From a virus (lineage: Duplodnaviria > Caudoviricetes), in IMG/VR virus record IMGVR_UViG_3300036778_000047, positions 1 through 37,353 of that record: a stretch of 37,353 bases of DNA, one strand, 5' to 3'. The translations under genes and the position numbers were made by a program. Position 1 is the first letter of the stretch; every line of letters begins with the position of its first letter. Below the pieces are notes generated by a model. The model was not told the DNA's origin. It worked only from the letters and a program-made list of their open reading frames with translations, and did no database searches. Positions 33,473 to 37,353 of this stretch are shown here, in pieces.

Positions 33473-35032
33473 ATGTCCGATACCACCGGCGGCCTGATCA
33501 ATGCCCTGGCCCGGCCGCCGCAAGTCAACCTCATGGACGACTACACCAAGGCTGCAGCGGCGGCGAATTCGATCTGGGCGAACCGCCTCGCGCAGTCGCG
33601 GCAAGCAGCCGGCCAGGCGTTCCAGCAGTCGATCGGGCCGGACGGCACGCCGGACCAGGCGCAGCTGCTGCAGAACCTGGCAGGGAACCCAAATGCAGCG
33701 ATGTCGGCGCTCGATACCGCCCGCGGCGGCCAAGCGCTGGATAATGCAACATACGACACGACCCTAAAGCGGTACGCCGCCCTGTCAGCGAACATGGCGC
33801 AACTGGTCGCGGCATACCCGAATGGCGTGCCCCCCGACCAGGCCAGCGCCGAAGTCGACAAAAACCTCGCCACCGGCCTGATCACGCCGCAAATGGCCGC
33901 CACGTTCAAGTCGCAGATCAGCGCCGATCCGATGGCGAATACGCGCCTGATTATCGGCGGTAACGCGCGGGTGCTGTCGGCGCACGATGCGCTGCTGGCG
34001 TCGCGGCCGAGTGTCAGCACGCTTAATACCGGAAAGACCGTGACCGGCGTGCAGACGCCCCCGCTGCTCAGCGGCAGCCCGACGCCCGGTGCGATCACGA
34101 CGGTAGGCACACCCGTACCGCTGACCATGTCGCCCGGGGAAGCAAGCACCCCGACGCAGATCGGCGTCACGCCCCAAGGTGCCCCTATCTCTGGCACGAG
34201 GGAGCAGTTCGAGAACGCCGCTAAAGGGTCGCAACCCTCGCCGCTCGGAACCGGACGGCCGCCCGCCGGGTCACCGCTGCTCAACCCGAATGCCCCGCAG
34301 CCGGGAGGGACAGCCGCCCCGGCTGCGACGCCACCAGCGCCCGCGCCTACAGCCGCAGCACCGCCCGCAGGCGGCGGTGTGGTGACCGGCATCGGCCCGT
34401 CGCAGGAAGCCGCACAGCGCTCCCAAGGCGAGCACAGCAGCGCAGCATTCCAAAGCTACGCCGACGACGGAAATCGCGCGGTGCAGCAGAACGCCGTCCT
34501 CGGCAACATGCTGGCCGACAGCAAGCAATTCACCACCGGGCCGCTCAACAGCCGGATCAAAGCGTTTCAGTCATTCGCGACCACCTATGCGCCGCAGATC
34601 GCAGCGCATTACGGTCTCGACCCGAAAACCGTTGCTGCCAACGAGTCATTCGATAAGCTGGCGGCGCAGCTCGCCAATGCACAGGGCGCCGGGTCGGATG
34701 CGCGCCTGTCGGTCAACCAGGCGGCCAATCCGCACGGCGAGATGGCGCCGGAAAGCGTCGACCTCGTGCTGCGCCAGCTGCAGGGGAATGCGGATTACAC
34801 TCAGGCCAAAGCGAAACTGGCGGCGGCCTACCCGGACAAGTCGAACCGCGAAGGATTTGACGCCGCAATCAGGGAAAACCTCGATCCGCGTGCTTTTCAG
34901 TTCGCCCGCATGACCGTCCCGCAGCGGCAGACCTACGCGGCGGCGCTGTCGAAAACAGACCGCGACAAGGTGCGTGATGCCTACAACTGGGCTGCCATAC
35001 ACGGCCTAATCGGCGCCAATGCCTCTCAGTGA
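33473..35032 (+). CDS. Ejection (internal virion) protein, gp20-like position
   Basis: 519 aa, Ala/Gln-rich and helical with a Pro-rich linker; lies between two other ejection genes. Confidence 0.65.
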   Translation: MSDTTGGLINALARPPQVNLMDDYTKAAAAANSIWANRLAQSRQAAGQAFQQSIGPDGTPDQAQLLQNLAGNPNAAMSALDTARGGQALDNATYDTTLKRYAALSANMAQLVAAYPNGVPPDQASAEVDKNLATGLITPQMAATFKSQISADPMANTRLIIGGNARVLSAHDALLASRPSVSTLNTGKTVTGVQTPPLLSGSPTPGAITTVGTPVPLTMSPGEASTPTQIGVTPQGAPISGTREQFENAAKGSQPSPLGTGRPPAGSPLLNPNAPQPGGTAAPAATPPAPAPTAAAPPAGGGVVTGIGPSQEAAQRSQGEHSSAAFQSYADDGNRAVQQNAVLGNMLADSKQFTTGPLNSRIKAFQSFATTYAPQIAAHYGLDPKTVAANESFDKLAAQLANAQGAGSDARLSVNQAANPHGEMAPESVDLVLRQLQGNADYTQAKAKLAAAYPDKSNREGFDAAIRENLDPRAFQFARMTVPQRQTYAAALSKTDRDKVRDAYNWAAIHGLIGANASQ

Positions 35033-37055
35033 TTACGACACAGTCTTTCAGGACGCGGGCCGCGAATGGAACGTCGACCCGCTGCTGCTGAAAGCCGTTG
35101 CCGCACAGGAAAGCAACGGTGATCCGAAAATAGTCTCGCCTGCTGGCGCTCAAGGGCTGATGCAGATCATGCCAAAGACGCAGCAGGATCTAGGCGTCAC
35201 CAATCCATTCGACCCGGTCCAGTCGATCTTTGGGGGCGCCAAATACCTGAGCACGGGCCTCGACGCGGAAGGCTCGCCCGAGGGGGCGTTGCTGTACTAC
35301 CACGGCGGCCCGGGCTGGCGCACGAGCTATGGCCCAGAAAGCCAGGCTTATGTGCCTGCGGTCACCGCGCAATACAAACGACTGGCAAAGAGCGCCCCGG
35401 CGCAACCCGCAGCCCCCGCAGCAGAGGCACCCGCGCCCATGCCGGCACCCGCGCAGACGACGGTCGCACCCGCAGATGATCCATTTTCCGCAGCCCTCGC
35501 CGGGACAGGATCAGAAGAGGCCGGCGACGCCGATCCATTCACCAAGGCACTCGGCGCGCCAGCGGACACGACCACACCGCAGACCGCCCCGACCGCCGCA
35601 GGGGATGCCCCGCTGCCGCCTAACAGCGGCCTTGGCGCCTCGATTATGCGTGGTGTCCATCAGGCAACCGACATCCCGGCGGTGACCCTCGCCACGGCGG
35701 CCGACTATGTCGCCGGCAAGCTCGGCTATAACACATCGTTCGCGAAGGACGCGGCGGGCGCAGCAGCCCCGTTCAATCAGTCCTACGACGCTGACCCGAA
35801 TAACCAGGGCTGGGAACCGGCCGCAGCCCGGCTCATGGGCAATGCGCTGGTCACGATCCCAGCCTCGATTACCGCCGGGGGCCTCGCATCAGGCGCCGTC
35901 AAGGGCGTGGCTGCGCCTTTGGCAGCGAGGCTTGCGGCCCCCGTCGTGTCTGGTGCGGCGCAAGGCGCCACAACCGCCGCCATGACCGGCGATGATGTCG
36001 GACGCAGCGCAGAGATCGGCGGCGGCCTCGGCGCTGTTGGCGGCATTCTCGGCGCGGGCGTCAACAAGCTGCTGACGACCAGCAACCCCGCCGTCGAAGC
36101 CGCTATCAACAAATACAACATCCCGCTTCGCTCCGGCCAAGTCTCAGACAGTAAGTTTGTCCGCTACCTTGACAGCCAGCTCGGGAACCTGCCCGGCTCA
36201 GGTCAGGAAGCATCTAACGCAGCCCAACGTGTCGCATTCAACAAGGCGGTTGCGAACACCTTTGGCGAAGACGCAGAGAAGATCACGCCAGCCGTCATGC
36301 AGCAGGCAAAGGACCGCATCGGCGGCGTCATGAACGATATCGCGAGCCGGACGAACATCCAGGCCGATCCGGCGCTGCTCAACGACCTCGGTCGGATCGA
36401 AGCAAACGCACAGAAGATGCCCAGCATCTATAATGACGTTCGCCCCCACATCACCGATATCCTAGAGACCGCCGCGAACAATAACGGCACGATCCCAGGC
36501 AACGCATATCAGGCCCTGACCGGCCAGGGCAGCGCGCTCAGCGTCGCGCAGCAGTCGAGCGAAAGCTCTGTCCGAAACTACGCGAACTCGATCCGTGAGG
36601 CGCTTGACGACGCCTTCCAACGATCCGCCGCAGCGGGCGATGTCGAGAAACTGGCCGCGGCGCGCCTGCAGTACAAGAACATGATGACGGTCGCGCCCCT
36701 GGTGAATAAGGGCATCCCGGGCGACATCAGCCCGCTGTTGCTGCAAGGCGCTGCCAATCGCTCTTTCAAGAGCAACGCCTTCCGCGGCGCCGGCGACCTC
36801 GGCGAACTCGGCGACATCGGTCAAGCGTTCCTGCGACCGCCGCCGGACAGCGGCACGGCAACCCGCACAATGATCAACGGCACGCTTTACGGCGATACCA
36901 AAGCGGCGGTGCGAACGGGTCTCGGAATTACCGCCGGCCGCGCCGTAGGGTCACTTATGCGAGCTAATCCACTGGCTGGCCCAACGGGTATCGGCGGGGG
37001 CATTCCTAGCCTGCTTCTTCTGGACGACTACCTGACGGGTCAGAAGCGCGATTAA
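35019..37055 (+). CDS. Ejection protein with N-terminal lytic transglycosylase (SLT) domain
   Basis: AVAAQES.G.P..VSPAGAQGLMQIMP.T...DP..SI.GGAKYL...AL..YHGGPG, then Gly/Ala hydrophobic and helical regions. Confidence 0.88.
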   Translation: MPLSDYDTVFQDAGREWNVDPLLLKAVAAQESNGDPKIVSPAGAQGLMQIMPKTQQDLGVTNPFDPVQSIFGGAKYLSTGLDAEGSPEGALLYYHGGPGWRTSYGPESQAYVPAVTAQYKRLAKSAPAQPAAPAAEAPAPMPAPAQTTVAPADDPFSAALAGTGSEEAGDADPFTKALGAPADTTTPQTAPTAAGDAPLPPNSGLGASIMRGVHQATDIPAVTLATAADYVAGKLGYNTSFAKDAAGAAAPFNQSYDADPNNQGWEPAAARLMGNALVTIPASITAGGLASGAVKGVAAPLAARLAAPVVSGAAQGATTAAMTGDDVGRSAEIGGGLGAVGGILGAGVNKLLTTSNPAVEAAINKYNIPLRSGQVSDSKFVRYLDSQLGNLPGSGQEASNAAQRVAFNKAVANTFGEDAEKITPAVMQQAKDRIGGVMNDIASRTNIQADPALLNDLGRIEANAQKMPSIYNDVRPHITDILETAANNNGTIPGNAYQALTGQGSALSVAQQSSESSVRNYANSIREALDDAFQRSAAAGDVEKLAAARLQYKNMMTVAPLVNKGIPGDISPLLLQGAANRSFKSNAFRGAGDLGELGDIGQAFLRPPPDSGTATRTMINGTLYGDTKAAVRTGLGITAGRAVGSLMRANPLAGPTGIGGGIPSLLLLDDYLTGQKRD

Positions 37056-37286
37056 GATTGCCGGCAGCGACGCGATTATCCATGCCACGATCGCGCAGCC
37101 TATGATCCAAAGCGTTGCCGGCAGAGGGCCGCTATGCGGATCGACAAGGCGGCCGAATTCATCGTCGCCCATGATGATCACCGCAACCGAGATGAAGGGC
37201 CACACGATGACGCGCCCGACGATGTTGCCGTTGATCCAGAGCACGAACACGACCAAGCCGGCGCCCGCGCCGATGAGACCTACCAT
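36951..37286 (-). CDS. Small multi-TM membrane protein (moron-like)
   Basis: About three hydrophobic segments; convergent with the SLT gene and overlapping it by ~105 bp. Confidence 0.6.
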   Translation of the reverse strand: MVGLIGAGAGLVVFVLWINGNIVGRVIVWPFISVAVIIMGDDEFGRLVDPHSGPLPATLWIIGCAIVAWIIASLPAILIALLTRQVVVQKKQARNAPADTRWASQWISSHK

Positions 37287-37351
37287 TACGGCGCCTCCAC
37301 CAGATCCAGCCGCCGCTCGATGCGATCGAGGCGCGTTTCCTGCCGATCGAG
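37286..37351 (-). CDS. Partial small coiled-coil protein (3' end only)
   Basis: Manual translation ...LDRQETRLDRIERRLDLVEAP-stop; TAATG coupling to the next gene. Confidence 0.6.
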   Translation of the reverse strand, partial: LDRQETRLDRIERRLDLVEAP

Positions 37352-37353
37352 GC

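Noticed and set aside
35019-35400. SLT domain as the endolysin
   Set aside because: It is fused to a large ejection-type protein at the end of the virion operon, which fits an entry enzyme.

Overview
The window holds most of a high-GC temperate phage or prophage with P22-like (podovirus) virion genes, probably from an alphaproteobacterial host because it carries gcrA. From left to right: (1) an accessory module (1-3357) of small ORFs transcribed divergently from one overlapping promoter pair, beside a serine-resolvase-like gene that lacks its catalytic motifs; (2) a leftward early arm with a C5-cytosine methyltransferase (with a second protein nested in another frame), a RecT-like annealase and a Gp157-like protein; (3) a lambda-like cI/cro switch with five 17-bp operators; (4) gcrA, VRR-NUC, a tandem paralog pair, a replication initiator and a probable late regulator; (5) terS, an HNH gene, terL, portal, an ADP-ribosyltransferase-like gene, scaffold, coat, a gp4-like adaptor, a seven-gene insertion with a repeat protein and a LamG-like protein, a gp10-like hub, tailspike/fibres, an Asp/Asn beta-hydroxylase-like oxygenase, a GNAT and three ejection proteins. 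No integrase, lysis cassette, tRNA or CRISPR was recognised. All product calls come from reading motifs and synteny by eye; no database search was run.
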